64,000 nt of DNA from a virus. The notes beneath the pieces are model-generated. The model made no database searches, was not told the origin of the DNA, and worked only from the letters and a program-made list of their open reading frames with translations. Shown one piece after another: positions 48,068-58,305 of this stretch. How positions within the stretch are numbered: position 1 is the first letter of the stretch; the number at the start of each line of letters is the position of its first letter. Made by a program: the position numbers and the translations under genes. The stretch is from the IMG/VR virus record IMGVR_UViG_3300035698_011578, positions 31,477-95,476 of that record. The stretch is one strand, 5' to 3'.

Positions 48068-48771
48068 TGAGAGATATAAATTTTGAATATTGCGTTTCTA
48101 TTAACTATAATAGAGGATATCACTGTGAAGAGCAGGGGTGTGATTCTATATGTAGATGTAGTACACTTGAAAGTGTGGCAATAACCGATGTTGATATTAA
48201 TCAAATAACAAAGAAAATTTATGATTTTTACTTTGATGATTCGAGAGAAACAAAAAGAGATATTTTACTAAATTCTATTTTATTTGATACTAATAAAGAA
48301 GTGTGCAACTATATCATTGATAGAATAATCAGATATCACAAAGTGTGGGATGCTGATAATTGGTATGCAGAGATTGAAAATGGATATTATGGTGAAGAAA
48401 TAGAAGGTGTCTTTATGAAAAATGATTTCCGAAGTGAAGTAGAATATAACATAGAAACTGTATTATCGATGGAAGAATTAAGTAAGAAAATTAATTTCTT
48501 ATTAAAACTTGAATATGGAATCATATTACCAAAGCTAAAGAATAAAAATTACAAATTAGAAACTGTTTTAAAATCAGATTTAATATTTGGGAACATATCA
48601 CACCATGATAATGTTAAAGAGAAAGATTTAAAATTCTATTCAGATTCAAATTATAATGGTATTAGAGGTATTGTTATCAAAAAAGATGATGATAAGTATA
48701 AAATAATAGATGGTTATCATAGGTGTTACTCAACCAATAAAGAAGAGGTTACCGTTTTAGTAGCATATTAA
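48067..48771 (+). CDS. Protein with C-terminal ParB/Srx-like motif
   Basis: YKIIDGYHR. Confidence 0.6.
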   Translation: MRDINFEYCVSINYNRGYHCEEQGCDSICRCSTLESVAITDVDINQITKKIYDFYFDDSRETKRDILLNSILFDTNKEVCNYIIDRIIRYHKVWDADNWYAEIENGYYGEEIEGVFMKNDFRSEVEYNIETVLSMEELSKKINFLLKLEYGIILPKLKNKNYKLETVLKSDLIFGNISHHDNVKEKDLKFYSDSNYNGIRGIVIKKDDDKYKIIDGYHRCYSTNKEEVTVLVAY

Positions 48772-50603
48772 TCATCATCCTCTTCGTCATCAAGAATATC
48801 TTCATCACAGAATACACCATCTTCAATTTCAGATTTCCTATCAGAAAGTTTTAAACCATACTCTGATTCATCATCATCTTTAGCCATAGCTTTAATTAAT
48901 GTATATATCTCAAGTAAAAGAGAATTACCAAGACTTTCATTATAGTTAAATTTATCAGTTAATTTAGGATTGGCTAAGTCTTCTAGCTCATATCCTAAAA
49001 TCTTAGCATCTGTTGATGTTAGATATGAAACCTCATTAACCTCATCATCTTTATCAACTACTCTAAACACATTAATACTAAACATAGATAATATATAATT
49101 ACCCTCATAATCCCTACTAAGTAAATCTTTACAAATATAATTATAATCATCCCAAGTAGACCATAAATTTGATAATTTTATAAACCAATTTGTTTCTGAA
49201 TAATGACCTTTTAATAATATTCTTCTAGTATCATTTTCATGGTGAAAATCATCAGGTTCCTCAGGATCACCATCATCAGCAATTTCAGCAATTGCTAACA
49301 CCGCAGAATCGGAACGAATATAAGAATCGTATATTTCACTATATTCCGCCTCATTTTTTAATAAATACTCATCATCCCATTCTGAATAAGCAACATCATC
49401 ACAATTTTCTGGATACCACCTACCATTAATGTTTACTGCATCATCACAATGTAAATAACTATCTGCCCAATCTGAATAAACTGCCTCATCTTCATTAATA
49501 TCACAATCATCCCATTCTGAATAAACAGTACCATCATCCCCATCAGCACTCTCAAAACCACCATTAGTATCACATAATAAATATTCACCATTATCGGCAT
49601 TATCATTATTATATAGAATTCCTGTCTCTGGATCATATTTTCTGAATGTGTCCATGTATGGGAAGTTATTATACCTATACTCATCACTTTCACTAACCTT
49701 ATCTAATTTAACAGTCATATCGACAACATCGGCTTTATTAACATAAGTAACATATCTAAAAGAATTATAATCATTATGAGTTTTATGTGCCCAGCCTTGT
49801 TCTTTAGCATAATTCTTAAATTTATCAATATCAGAATCTTTAGTTGCATAAATCCTATCCATGAAAAATTCTGGATATCCTTCTTTACTATAACTTTCAG
49901 GTTTCCATATAATAGCTCTACCTAATAATTTACCATCCTCAACTAGGATTAACATTTTACAAACTTGTGGATTGTGTGTGTATATTTTAAATACGGAAGC
50001 AGATCGGTTTCTCATACAGGAGTTATTTAAATTACCACCGCCACTTGCATAAGTCGCACCTTTATACCATTTAGCAATTTCATCACCCTCAATAATACTG
50101 AATTTTTCAGAAGTACTATCTATCATTGCTTTAAATTGATTGGTGAATTTTTCTATATCACTTGCATTATACTTACCCGGTAATACCTTATTTACAAATT
50201 TACCAATTTTTAATGAATTTCTTGATTGTGAATATACTTTACCATAATCTTCTGCATAAATTCTATCTGCTAAACCTTTTCTTTCAGGTTTATGGTAATT
50301 TGGATCATCTGTCTTTTTAATATACACGATGCCATCATTATTCATTTTTTTCCAGGCATTCTTCATCGTTATAAAAGTTACATAACCTGGTTCAGATGGT
50401 GCATCAAGCTTCTCATTATCAATACCAACAAAGGTAATATCTGGTTTTATATCATCCGCCTCAACTTCCAATAATTCTTTTGATATTGGGCTATCGGTCT
50501 TTTTCAAAATAGATCTTAGCTTTGGTGTAAAATAAATAACTGATTCATTTATAGCCTTTTCTAAAATTAATTCGCTTGTGAAATTTGAATATTTTGTAAT
50601 CAT
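48768..50603 (-). CDS. Conserved phage protein, paralog of 3131..4336 with acidic repeats
   Basis: NSCM, GRAIIW, FMDRIY, PYMDT; repeated YSEWDD units. Confidence 0.75.
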   Translation of the reverse strand: MITKYSNFTSELILEKAINESVIYFTPKLRSILKKTDSPISKELLEVEADDIKPDITFVGIDNEKLDAPSEPGYVTFITMKNAWKKMNNDGIVYIKKTDDPNYHKPERKGLADRIYAEDYGKVYSQSRNSLKIGKFVNKVLPGKYNASDIEKFTNQFKAMIDSTSEKFSIIEGDEIAKWYKGATYASGGGNLNNSCMRNRSASVFKIYTHNPQVCKMLILVEDGKLLGRAIIWKPESYSKEGYPEFFMDRIYATKDSDIDKFKNYAKEQGWAHKTHNDYNSFRYVTYVNKADVVDMTVKLDKVSESDEYRYNNFPYMDTFRKYDPETGILYNNDNADNGEYLLCDTNGGFESADGDDGTVYSEWDDCDINEDEAVYSDWADSYLHCDDAVNINGRWYPENCDDVAYSEWDDEYLLKNEAEYSEIYDSYIRSDSAVLAIAEIADDGDPEEPDDFHHENDTRRILLKGHYSETNWFIKLSNLWSTWDDYNYICKDLLSRDYEGNYILSMFSINVFRVVDKDDEVNEVSYLTSTDAKILGYELEDLANPKLTDKFNYNESLGNSLLLEIYTLIKAMAKDDDESEYGLKLSDRKSEIEDGVFCDEDILDDEEDDD

Positions 50604-50683
50604 GTTTATTTTCAAATGTTTTATAACTCTATATATTAAAAACATATTACAAAAAAAACCAGAATTTAAAATTCTGGTTTTTC

Positions 50684-51190
50684 TTATAGTGAAATAATCT
50701 TATCGAAACCTTCAGTTTCCCGTATTGGTTGATAATTTTCCATCATGTTTTTTATTACATGATTTGGTATAAATTTATTCTCCTTTTCTTTTCTAATAGC
50801 ATTTCTTCTACGAATCTCATCCTCACTTATGTGTGGGAACATAACACCTAACTTATAATATTCCTTACTGAAATAATTTAGATGAACTCTTCTTCTCTTA
50901 GAGTATAGATGTGTCATATCAACAATTACATTTCTGCCATGTTTAGCCGCTTCACATAATTGTCTATTCAATTCTCTTTTGACCTCTGTCTCATTTACAC
51001 TTCTAAAGGCTTCAGTATAATTTCTAGAACCATACTTATCCATTAGTATATCATCTCTGTTTATGATAACTACATTCTCGTCAATCTCTGTTTTAAATCT
51101 ATCACAGAAATAACTTTTACCAACTAATGGTGCACCAATTAAGAGCATCACATATGGTGATTTTAACCTTTTAAATTTATTTAAATTCAT
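50684..51190 (-). CDS. P-loop kinase (AAA_33 / polynucleotide kinase-like)
   Basis: LIGAPLVGKS, INRDD, VIVDMT, RNAIR, EGFD. Confidence 0.8.
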   Translation of the reverse strand: MNLNKFKRLKSPYVMLLIGAPLVGKSYFCDRFKTEIDENVVIINRDDILMDKYGSRNYTEAFRSVNETEVKRELNRQLCEAAKHGRNVIVDMTHLYSKRRRVHLNYFSKEYYKLGVMFPHISEDEIRRRNAIRKEKENKFIPNHVIKNMMENYQPIRETEGFDKIISL

Positions 51191-51314
51191 AATTCATTAT
51201 ATTTATTTCTACTTGATGACACCATCTTAATTACTATTATTACCTCGGTAAATAGACATATCAAAAATAAAAATACTATTATTAATAGAATATAAATAAA
51301 TATCATAAATATAT

Positions 51315-51548
51315 TTATCCAATTTCTTCTATTCTTTCTTCAACTATCATTTCGTTGATTCTGTTTGTAACAATTTGAGAAAGTTCACTTTCATCCCTCA
51401 TGTTATTAAGTTTATTTCTTATTAACACAGTATTAGAATTGAATTTACCTTCAATTTCACCAAGACGATCACCTACTATTTTTTGGTTTTCTGCCTCAGA
51501 TTTATTCTCTTTTAACATTTTCTCAACAAGTTTTAATTTCTTTTCCAT
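51315..51548 (-). CDS. Hypothetical protein
   Basis: 77-aa ORF, TAnnTTTG promoter upstream. Confidence 0.6.
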   Translation of the reverse strand: MEKKLKLVEKMLKENKSEAENQKIVGDRLGEIEGKFNSNTVLIRNKLNNMRDESELSQIVTNRINEMIVEERIEEIG

Positions 51549-51609
51549 AGTGTCAAATTTATTTAATTCTTACAAATATAATAATAATATTTTAGATAAA
51601 AAAATATAT

Positions 51610-52275
51610 TTAGTCCCATTTTGCATTTGGGAACATTTTTTTACCGGATTCAATCAATTTATCTTTTACAATATCATAATCTTCTTCATCACCGAAGAAC
51701 CAATTTCTTCTACCTTCTAAAAAGTCTTCAATAACTTTCGTCATGCTAATCTTCTTGAATTTAGCATTTGCTAAGAATCCCTGTAGATGTGCTGGTAATT
51801 CAGTTGATGATAGGATATACATCGCATATGTTATTCTATCCTTCTTTTTTTTATCAGAACTCTTCTTTTTCTTATATAAAAATCCTTTGTGTTTGTTAGA
51901 TTTTTGCGCAACATGTTCAAGTTCATGTCTTATGACATCTCTCATTTCTGCTATAAAATCATTAAATGCCATTGGGAAAAATTCACCATTAATAGTAACA
52001 TCTATTGTTAAAACATCCCATGACTCATCCTCATCCCAATCAACATTCGCTTCTGTGTCAAATGCGAAATCTATCTTACTCTTATTTAAAGTATTAATAA
52101 TAATTGGCGTTGTTATTTCAGACATTTCAAAATATCTTTTAAATTTAAATGACTCATCACCACTATCTAGGAATTCTTTAAATTCATTTATATACTCTCT
52201 ACTTAAATTAAGCAACAATGAACTATATCTACCCTCATTTATAAACATGTCGAAATCAAATATCTGTCTTATCAT
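51610..52275 (-). CDS. HExxH protein
   Basis: IRHELEHVAQ...ELPAHLQG. Confidence 0.65.
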   Translation of the reverse strand: MIRQIFDFDMFINEGRYSSLLLNLSREYINEFKEFLDSGDESFKFKRYFEMSEITTPIIINTLNKSKIDFAFDTEANVDWDEDESWDVLTIDVTINGEFFPMAFNDFIAEMRDVIRHELEHVAQKSNKHKGFLYKKKKSSDKKKKDRITYAMYILSSTELPAHLQGFLANAKFKKISMTKVIEDFLEGRRNWFFGDEEDYDIVKDKLIESGKKMFPNAKWD

Positions 52276-52287
52276 AACTCTATATAT

Positions 52288-53136
52288 TTATTTTATTACT
52301 CTATAATATTCTTCAATAACTTTCAAAGAAAATTCATCTAATTCTCTACCCGTCTCTTCACAAAACCATTTAAGTCTATCATAGATAATAACAGGTTTAT
52401 TTATCTTAATATCATCGGTATCACTATCAAACCTGATTATATCAGCATCATTGAACAACTCTCTATCGTTACTATTTCGTCCTATTATATAATATATTGG
52501 GTTATCATCATAGTTAAAATTCCCACCAATTTTTGGTATGAACTCTAATGAAACTATTGTGTTACCAATACAAGATAAATCACCATGTATATCTGGACAA
52601 CCCTTTAAAGTGGTCAATTCATTGCAATCACACCAAAAATTTTCTGTAATAATAGTAGAACAACCAACCAAAGTAGTTAATTCATTATAACCACAATCAA
52701 AAGTTCTAACTTTCTTGGGACCATATTTTAATGATGTTATACTATTATCTTCACAATTAAAAGTTTGACCAACTACTTCCGGGCTACCCTTTAATGTTTT
52801 TAATGTGTTTTGATAACAAAAATACCCACCACTCACTCTAATAGGCCCACCTTCCAATGAACTTAACTTATTATTATCACATGAGAAATCACCAATTACG
52901 TCTGTTGGTGAACCTTCTAAGGTTATCAATCTATTACCATCACATGCGAAATCCCCATTTACTCTACCAAATTTAATCGGTAATTTAGATAAACCCTTTT
53001 TATACAAATTAACATAATTACCCACATCAATAGAACCATCAGTATTAATAGTATAATCCTTTATGTGATATTTCTTACATATTGAATCAATATCTGATTT
53101 ATTTTCATATATCTCATAACCTTTTAAGAATCTCAT
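52288..53136 (-). CDS. SLEGSP-repeat (LRR-like) protein
   Basis: About 22-aa repeats F.C..N.L.SLEG.P..V. Confidence 0.8.
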   Translation of the reverse strand: MRFLKGYEIYENKSDIDSICKKYHIKDYTINTDGSIDVGNYVNLYKKGLSKLPIKFGRVNGDFACDGNRLITLEGSPTDVIGDFSCDNNKLSSLEGGPIRVSGGYFCYQNTLKTLKGSPEVVGQTFNCEDNSITSLKYGPKKVRTFDCGYNELTTLVGCSTIITENFWCDCNELTTLKGCPDIHGDLSCIGNTIVSLEFIPKIGGNFNYDDNPIYYIIGRNSNDRELFNDADIIRFDSDTDDIKINKPVIIYDRLKWFCEETGRELDEFSLKVIEEYYRVIK

Positions 53137-53187
53137 ATAATCTTATATATTAAAAATATAATAATAGATTTTAATATATAATCACAT

Positions 53188-54484
53188 ATGAAATATCTAT
53201 CAAAATTTGACCAATTAAACGAAAACGTAGCACAATCTAAAGCTCTTTTAAAGAAACTTAATATCGAAGAAGTAGATGGTGATTACTTGAAAATCAGAGA
53301 GATGATTAAAGGTAATGAGGGATATGCTTTCTGGTTTACAAAATTAAGATTCCAAGATGATATTTCAATGGATGAACTCAAAAACGTTTGGGATATTATT
53401 AAAGATAAAAATGGCTTAATTAGATATTTTAGCAAACCAGTTGTTAAGTTGGAAACATTAGAAGATTTTTTAGATGAAGCTGAAAAAGCTAAGATTAAAA
53501 GGTCGGTTAAAAGAGTGATAAATCAATTCCCATCAAGTCAGAAGAAATTCTTTGATTTAAAAAATCAAAATGATATAGACCTACTTAAAGAATTGAGTAA
53601 GAACAAATCACTACCAGCTCTTATTAAAAAAATATCATCGTTCAAAGACAAACCATCATTTATAAAAGCAGCAAATAGATTATTAACAACTGATTTAGAT
53701 AACAGTTTTCATAAACTATTATCACATGTTGAAAAAACGGGTGCAAGTGTTAAAGTAGAAGATGAGGAAAATAATATTATTATATGTGAAGTTGATTATC
53801 CACAATTGAAAAACCTAGGTGGTGATACATCATGTCTTCAATTTTGCAACTGATGAAAGTCGTGGATTATCATTTGATGATAACTTGATACAAAGTTTTG
53901 CTAAAATAATAAATAGGGCAGGACATAAATATGAAAGATCATTCAGAAAAGAGAAATATACTGATGAACAGATGAAAAATCTATATAATTGGTTGTTAAC
54001 AAAGGTTGATCAGACTAAAAATTCGGTTAAGAAATATCTAGCCGTTTGTTATTATAAATATGATAAGAAGAAATATAATGAATTTTTAGAATCAACATGG
54101 TCAATAAAAAATAATTATAAAACTTATAAAACTGATAGAAAGACAGGTAAACAGGAAGATATATACAAAACTATAAGAATTGTTAATCTGAAATATATTC
54201 TAAAATATTTTGCAACTATAGGTAAATTCGATGAGTATGAAGAACTTGTGAAAAAACTATTTACATTCAGAAAAACAGGAACACCAAGAGCACTTAAAAT
54301 GAACAACCCAGAGTATAAGAGCACACTTCGTGTAATGGATAATATCAGAATTGATTCAAATATGGCAGAGGAAGGTGTTAGTAAAAAATATTCAATCTTC
54401 AGAGCTAACCTTTTGAAAGAAATTGAGGATTTGAAAGAATCTAGATTATTAAAATGGAATGATTGGGTGAAAATAAACAGTTAA
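53188..54484 (+). pseudogene. Large gene broken by apparent internal deletion and frameshift (ORFs 53188..53853 and 53819..54484)
   Basis: First ORF derails at GGDTS, where the paralog continues WCI. Confidence 0.55.
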
Positions 54485-54540
54485 GCACATTTTTAGTTTT
54501 TGAAAAATAATATATAAATAAATAAAAATAAAGAACTTAT

Positions 54541-56595
54541 ATGTCTAAAATAGAAAAGAAATATTCAGACTTCAGAATTGTTGAATTAAAGACGAATACC
54601 GACGAAGAGAAAAAAGTAGCACCAGATTTACTTGACTCAATAGGTAAAGATTTAACTAAGATGGCAGAAGATGGTAAATTAGATCCAATTATTGGTAGAG
54701 AAGATGAGATAGATGAGACAATTACTATTTTAGCACGAAAGAGAAAAAACAACCCAGTTCTAATTGGTAACCCAGGTATTGGTAAAACCGCTATCGTTGA
54801 AGGCATCGCACAAATGATAGTTGATAAGAAATGTCCTGATTTATTATTCGATAAAAGAATAATTGAACTTGATTTATCTTCAATTATGGCAGGAACATCC
54901 GCACAAGGTGATTTAGAGAAAAAGGTTAAGAGAATAATTTATGAATTAGAGAACAATGATGATATTATCCTTTTTATCGATGAGATTCACATGATAGTAG
55001 ATGAAAACAAACCAGTTGATGTATCAAATATGTTTAAACCTGCTTTAGCAAGAGGTAGTATGAGATGTATCGGTGCAACTACTGATAAAGAATATAGAAA
55101 AATTGAAAAAGATGGTGCTTTAGAAAGAAGATTTCAAAAAGTTCAAATAGAAGAACCATCAGAAGCTAAGACTATTGAAATTTTAAATAGAATAAAAGGA
55201 AGTTATGAAAAATTTCATAGTGTTAAGTATACAGATGAATCTATTAGAGCATGTGTTAAATTAGCAGGTAAATATTTTACAGATAGATTCTTCCCAGATA
55301 AAGCTATTGACTTATTGGATGAAGTTGGTGCTAGAATCAGAGTTAGAAAAACTAAATCAAAAGATGTTAAAGCCGCAGAAATTAAATTACATAAAGTTCG
55401 TGAGGCAAAAATAAAAGCAACTGCTGATCAAGAGTTCGAAAACGCTTCTGAGTTAAGAAAAGAAGAATTAAAACTACAAGATGAATTAGAAGCTATTTCT
55501 GTTAAAACTGAAAATGTTACAGAAGTTACTAAACAACAAGTTGAAGCAATTATGTCTAGAAAAATGGATGTACCTGAATTGAAAACTGATGATAATGATC
55601 TTAAAAAATATATCGATTTAGAATCAAATATGAAAATAGATGTCATCGGACAAGATGAAGTTGTTAAAAAGATTAGTAAATCATTAAGAAGAAATGTCGC
55701 CGGGTTAAAAGATCCAAATAGACCTAGTGGTGTATTTTTATTCTTAGGATCAACTGGTGTTGGTAAAACACATACAGTTAAAACTTTAGCTAAACACTTA
55801 TTCGGATCAGAATCAGATATAATTAGAATTGATATGTCTGAATATGCAGAGAAGCATAACGTAGCTAGAATGATTGGGTCACCTCCTGGTTATGTAGGTT
55901 ATGGTGAAGGTGGTCAATTAACTGAAAAGGTTAGAAAGAAACCATATTCTATCCTATTATTAGATGAGTTAGAGAAAGCACATCCAGATGTATTAAATAT
56001 TTTATTACAAGTATTTGAAGATGGTCAATTAACTGATGGTGAAGGTAGAAAAGTTAACTTTAAAAACACTATTATAATTATGACTTCTAATATTGGTAGT
56101 AGAGAAGCAGCACAGATAGTAGCACCTGTTGGATTTGGTAATAAAGAAAAAATGCAAGAAGAGAAAACTAAAGACACAATAAAGACAGAATTACATAAAA
56201 GATTAGCACCTGAATTCATAAATCGTATAGATGATATTATAATATTCAAATCTTTAAGTAAAGATAATATTTATCATATAATTGATGTTGAAATTAAAAA
56301 ACTATCTAAAAAAGTAGAAGAGTTAGGATTTACACTTGAAATAACTGATAGCTTAAAAGAATTACTAAATGAAAAGGGATATGATGCTAAATTAGGTGCA
56401 AGACCTCTTAAAAGAGCAATTGTTAAATATATTGAAGACCCAATTTCAGAGGAATTGCTTAGAAAGACTATTAAAGATAAAATTGTAGTTGATTGGAATA
56501 AGGAATCAGATAAGATTTTAATAAATGGATCACCTATTATAGAGAAATTTGTTAAATCATGGAATAAATTTAATAAACTATGGCTAAACCAATAA
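54541..56595 (+). CDS. ClpC/ClpB-family double AAA+ ATPase without N-domain
   Basis: GNPGIGKT, FIDEIH, GSTGVGKT, IDMSEY, GSPPGYVGY, GARPLKR. Confidence 0.9.
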   Translation: MSKIEKKYSDFRIVELKTNTDEEKKVAPDLLDSIGKDLTKMAEDGKLDPIIGREDEIDETITILARKRKNNPVLIGNPGIGKTAIVEGIAQMIVDKKCPDLLFDKRIIELDLSSIMAGTSAQGDLEKKVKRIIYELENNDDIILFIDEIHMIVDENKPVDVSNMFKPALARGSMRCIGATTDKEYRKIEKDGALERRFQKVQIEEPSEAKTIEILNRIKGSYEKFHSVKYTDESIRACVKLAGKYFTDRFFPDKAIDLLDEVGARIRVRKTKSKDVKAAEIKLHKVREAKIKATADQEFENASELRKEELKLQDELEAISVKTENVTEVTKQQVEAIMSRKMDVPELKTDDNDLKKYIDLESNMKIDVIGQDEVVKKISKSLRRNVAGLKDPNRPSGVFLFLGSTGVGKTHTVKTLAKHLFGSESDIIRIDMSEYAEKHNVARMIGSPPGYVGYGEGGQLTEKVRKKPYSILLLDELEKAHPDVLNILLQVFEDGQLTDGEGRKVNFKNTIIIMTSNIGSREAAQIVAPVGFGNKEKMQEEKTKDTIKTELHKRLAPEFINRIDDIIIFKSLSKDNIYHIIDVEIKKLSKKVEELGFTLEITDSLKELLNEKGYDAKLGARPLKRAIVKYIEDPISEELLRKTIKDKIVVDWNKESDKILINGSPIIEKFVKSWNKFNKLWLNQ

Positions 56596-56937
56596 ACTAA
56601 ATTAATTTTGCGTATATACATTAAAAGTATTGTATAGCAAAAGAAGATATCAATGTTAATAATACGTTCTATTTTAAAAAAGATAGAGCGTATTTTTATA
56701 AAGTAACGAAGCATGAAGATACTGGTATTAAATTAATTTATGTGTATCATAAAGATGATATAGATAGTGACTCCTTTTTAGATGGATACCCATTTGTAGA
56801 ATATAGTTTCAATTCTAAGTTTACTGATAAGCAACAACATCGTATAAAGCAACTTGAAAAAATTGGAATTTAAGTAAGAGAAAATTTGGATAAGTGAATA
56901 TTTTACCCTATCTTTGTATCAACAAAATTAAGAAAAC

Positions 56938-56948
56938 GTTCTTTAACA
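56938..56948 (+). promoter_or_regulatory. boxA-like site after TTTG...TATCTTTG promoter
   Basis: GTTCTTTAACA. Confidence 0.55.
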
Positions 56949-56964
56949 TATTGAAAAAAATATT

Positions 56965-57076
56965 GGGGAGAGTACCAAAGTGGTCAAATGGAGTCACGAT
57001 GCTGAGTATTAATAATACAAAGCTATGTAACGTGATCGGCTTGTAGTCTTCGGGGGTTCGAATCCTTCTTCTTGTA
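56965..57076 (+). tRNA. Tyr/Ser-type tRNA-like gene with about 25-nt insert in anticodon loop
   Basis: D arm TACCAAAGTGGTCAAATGG, stem TCACG/CGTGA enclosing 32 nt, variable arm, GGTTCGAATCC; imperfect acceptor. Confidence 0.5.
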
Positions 57077-57127
57077 AAACAATTGGGATAGACAACGATT
57101 CAGATACAAGTCCCTTTTTCACAACAT

Positions 57128-57198
57128 GGTCGGTTCGTCTAGTGGTTAGGACGGTTGCTTCACAGTGATTACAGAGTGTTCGACTCCTCTACCGACTA
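57128..57198 (+). tRNA. Glu-type tRNA body with aberrant anticodon loop
   Basis: GGTCGGTTCGTCTAGTGGTTAGGAC...GTTGC-TTCACA-GTGAT. Confidence 0.55.
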
Positions 57199-57283
57199 CA
57201 AGTTTTCGTAGTGGTTAACTTCTCTATTTTATAGAGGGTCTGTGCAATGCAGTAAAGGTTACCATAACACCTTTTTTGATTTC

Positions 57284-57315
57284 TAACCTCTCACATATTC
57301 GTGGGAGGTTTTTTT
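57284..57315 (+). terminator. Intrinsic terminator
   Basis: AACCTCTCAC-atattc-GTGGGAGGTTTTTTT. Confidence 0.8.
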
Positions 57316-57383
57316 ATATAAAAATAAATTTGGATAATTAATAAATTAGAATTATATTTGCATCAATAAACAATTAAATACAT

Positions 57384-57887
57384 ATGAATGTAGAAATAGA
57401 AAGAAAGTACTTATTAAAATCAATTCCAAATAAAAGACCGGCTGAGACTATTCAGATAGAACAATGGTATTTTAAAAATGATGATGGTATTTGGGAAAGG
57501 GCTAGGTCTTGCCATTCCGACATTAACGGGTTTTATTTCATACACACGATAAAAACCCATATTTCAGATAAATCTAATATGGAAGATGAGTGTTCAATGA
57601 CACTTGAAGATTTCAATCAATTTGTGAAAAATTGTAAAAAAACTCCAAAAGAATCAACAGTTATATCAAAAACGAGATATGTAATCCCTCACAATAAAGA
57701 TGGGTTATATTGGGAAGTTGATGTATTCAAAAATAATCATCATTTAATAGTGGCAGAAATAGAAATACCTAGTGAAGATTATGAAGTTAAATTACCAAAA
57801 TTTATTAAGAAGAAATTGTTACTAGATGTAACTGGTATGAAACAGTTTACCAATAGAAGTCTTTCTGATAAAGTTAAAACTTTATAA
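57384..57887 (+). CDS. CYTH-domain protein
   Basis: VEIERKYLL, KTRY, WEVDVF, VAEIE, DVTG. Confidence 0.85.
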   Translation: MNVEIERKYLLKSIPNKRPAETIQIEQWYFKNDDGIWERARSCHSDINGFYFIHTIKTHISDKSNMEDECSMTLEDFNQFVKNCKKTPKESTVISKTRYVIPHNKDGLYWEVDVFKNNHHLIVAEIEIPSEDYEVKLPKFIKKKLLLDVTGMKQFTNRSLSDKVKTL

Positions 57888-57907
57888 TATGTCACGGTAT
57901 AAAATAA

Positions 57908-58300
57908 ATGAGGGATATTTGGATAGATCAAAAACATTTTAAAGCAAATGTCGATATATATTACACACTAGATTTCAATAACCGTGATACCAAAGAAGGT
58001 GAAGTAATTATTTATTTAGGTGTGATTTGTGAAAATGATATTAATTTTTTACACGGTATCATGAATAATAGATTTCTAATAGAAATGGAGAAAAATTTAT
58101 TAGACAGTTGTCAACTACAGGAAATTAATTATGAATTTGATTATGATAACAACAACACTAAAACTAATATCATTGTATATTGTGATTATATAAAGGAAAA
58201 GTCAGAGGGAATAAGAGATAGAAGAGATAGAATAATTGATGAAATTTTAAAACAAAATAAGAAAATAGAGTATAACGAATATAATTTAAACGAAAAATAA
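57908..58300 (+). CDS. Hypothetical protein
   Basis: 130 aa, RDRIIDEIL motif. Confidence 0.6.
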   Translation: MRDIWIDQKHFKANVDIYYTLDFNNRDTKEGEVIIYLGVICENDINFLHGIMNNRFLIEMEKNLLDSCQLQEINYEFDYDNNNTKTNIIVYCDYIKEKSEGIRDRRDRIIDEILKQNKKIEYNEYNLNEK

Positions 58301-58305
58301 TAATT

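Noticed and set aside
51743-52306. Long antisense ORFs (also 19086, 56274, 11417)
   Set aside because: Opposite-strand shadows of Lys/Glu-rich real genes, with typical Phe/Ser/Leu-rich translation
57128-57198. Selenocysteine or opal suppressor tRNA (TCA)
   Set aside because: Body is Glu-type with no Sec long arm, the loop register is ambiguous, and no TGA-interrupted genes were seen
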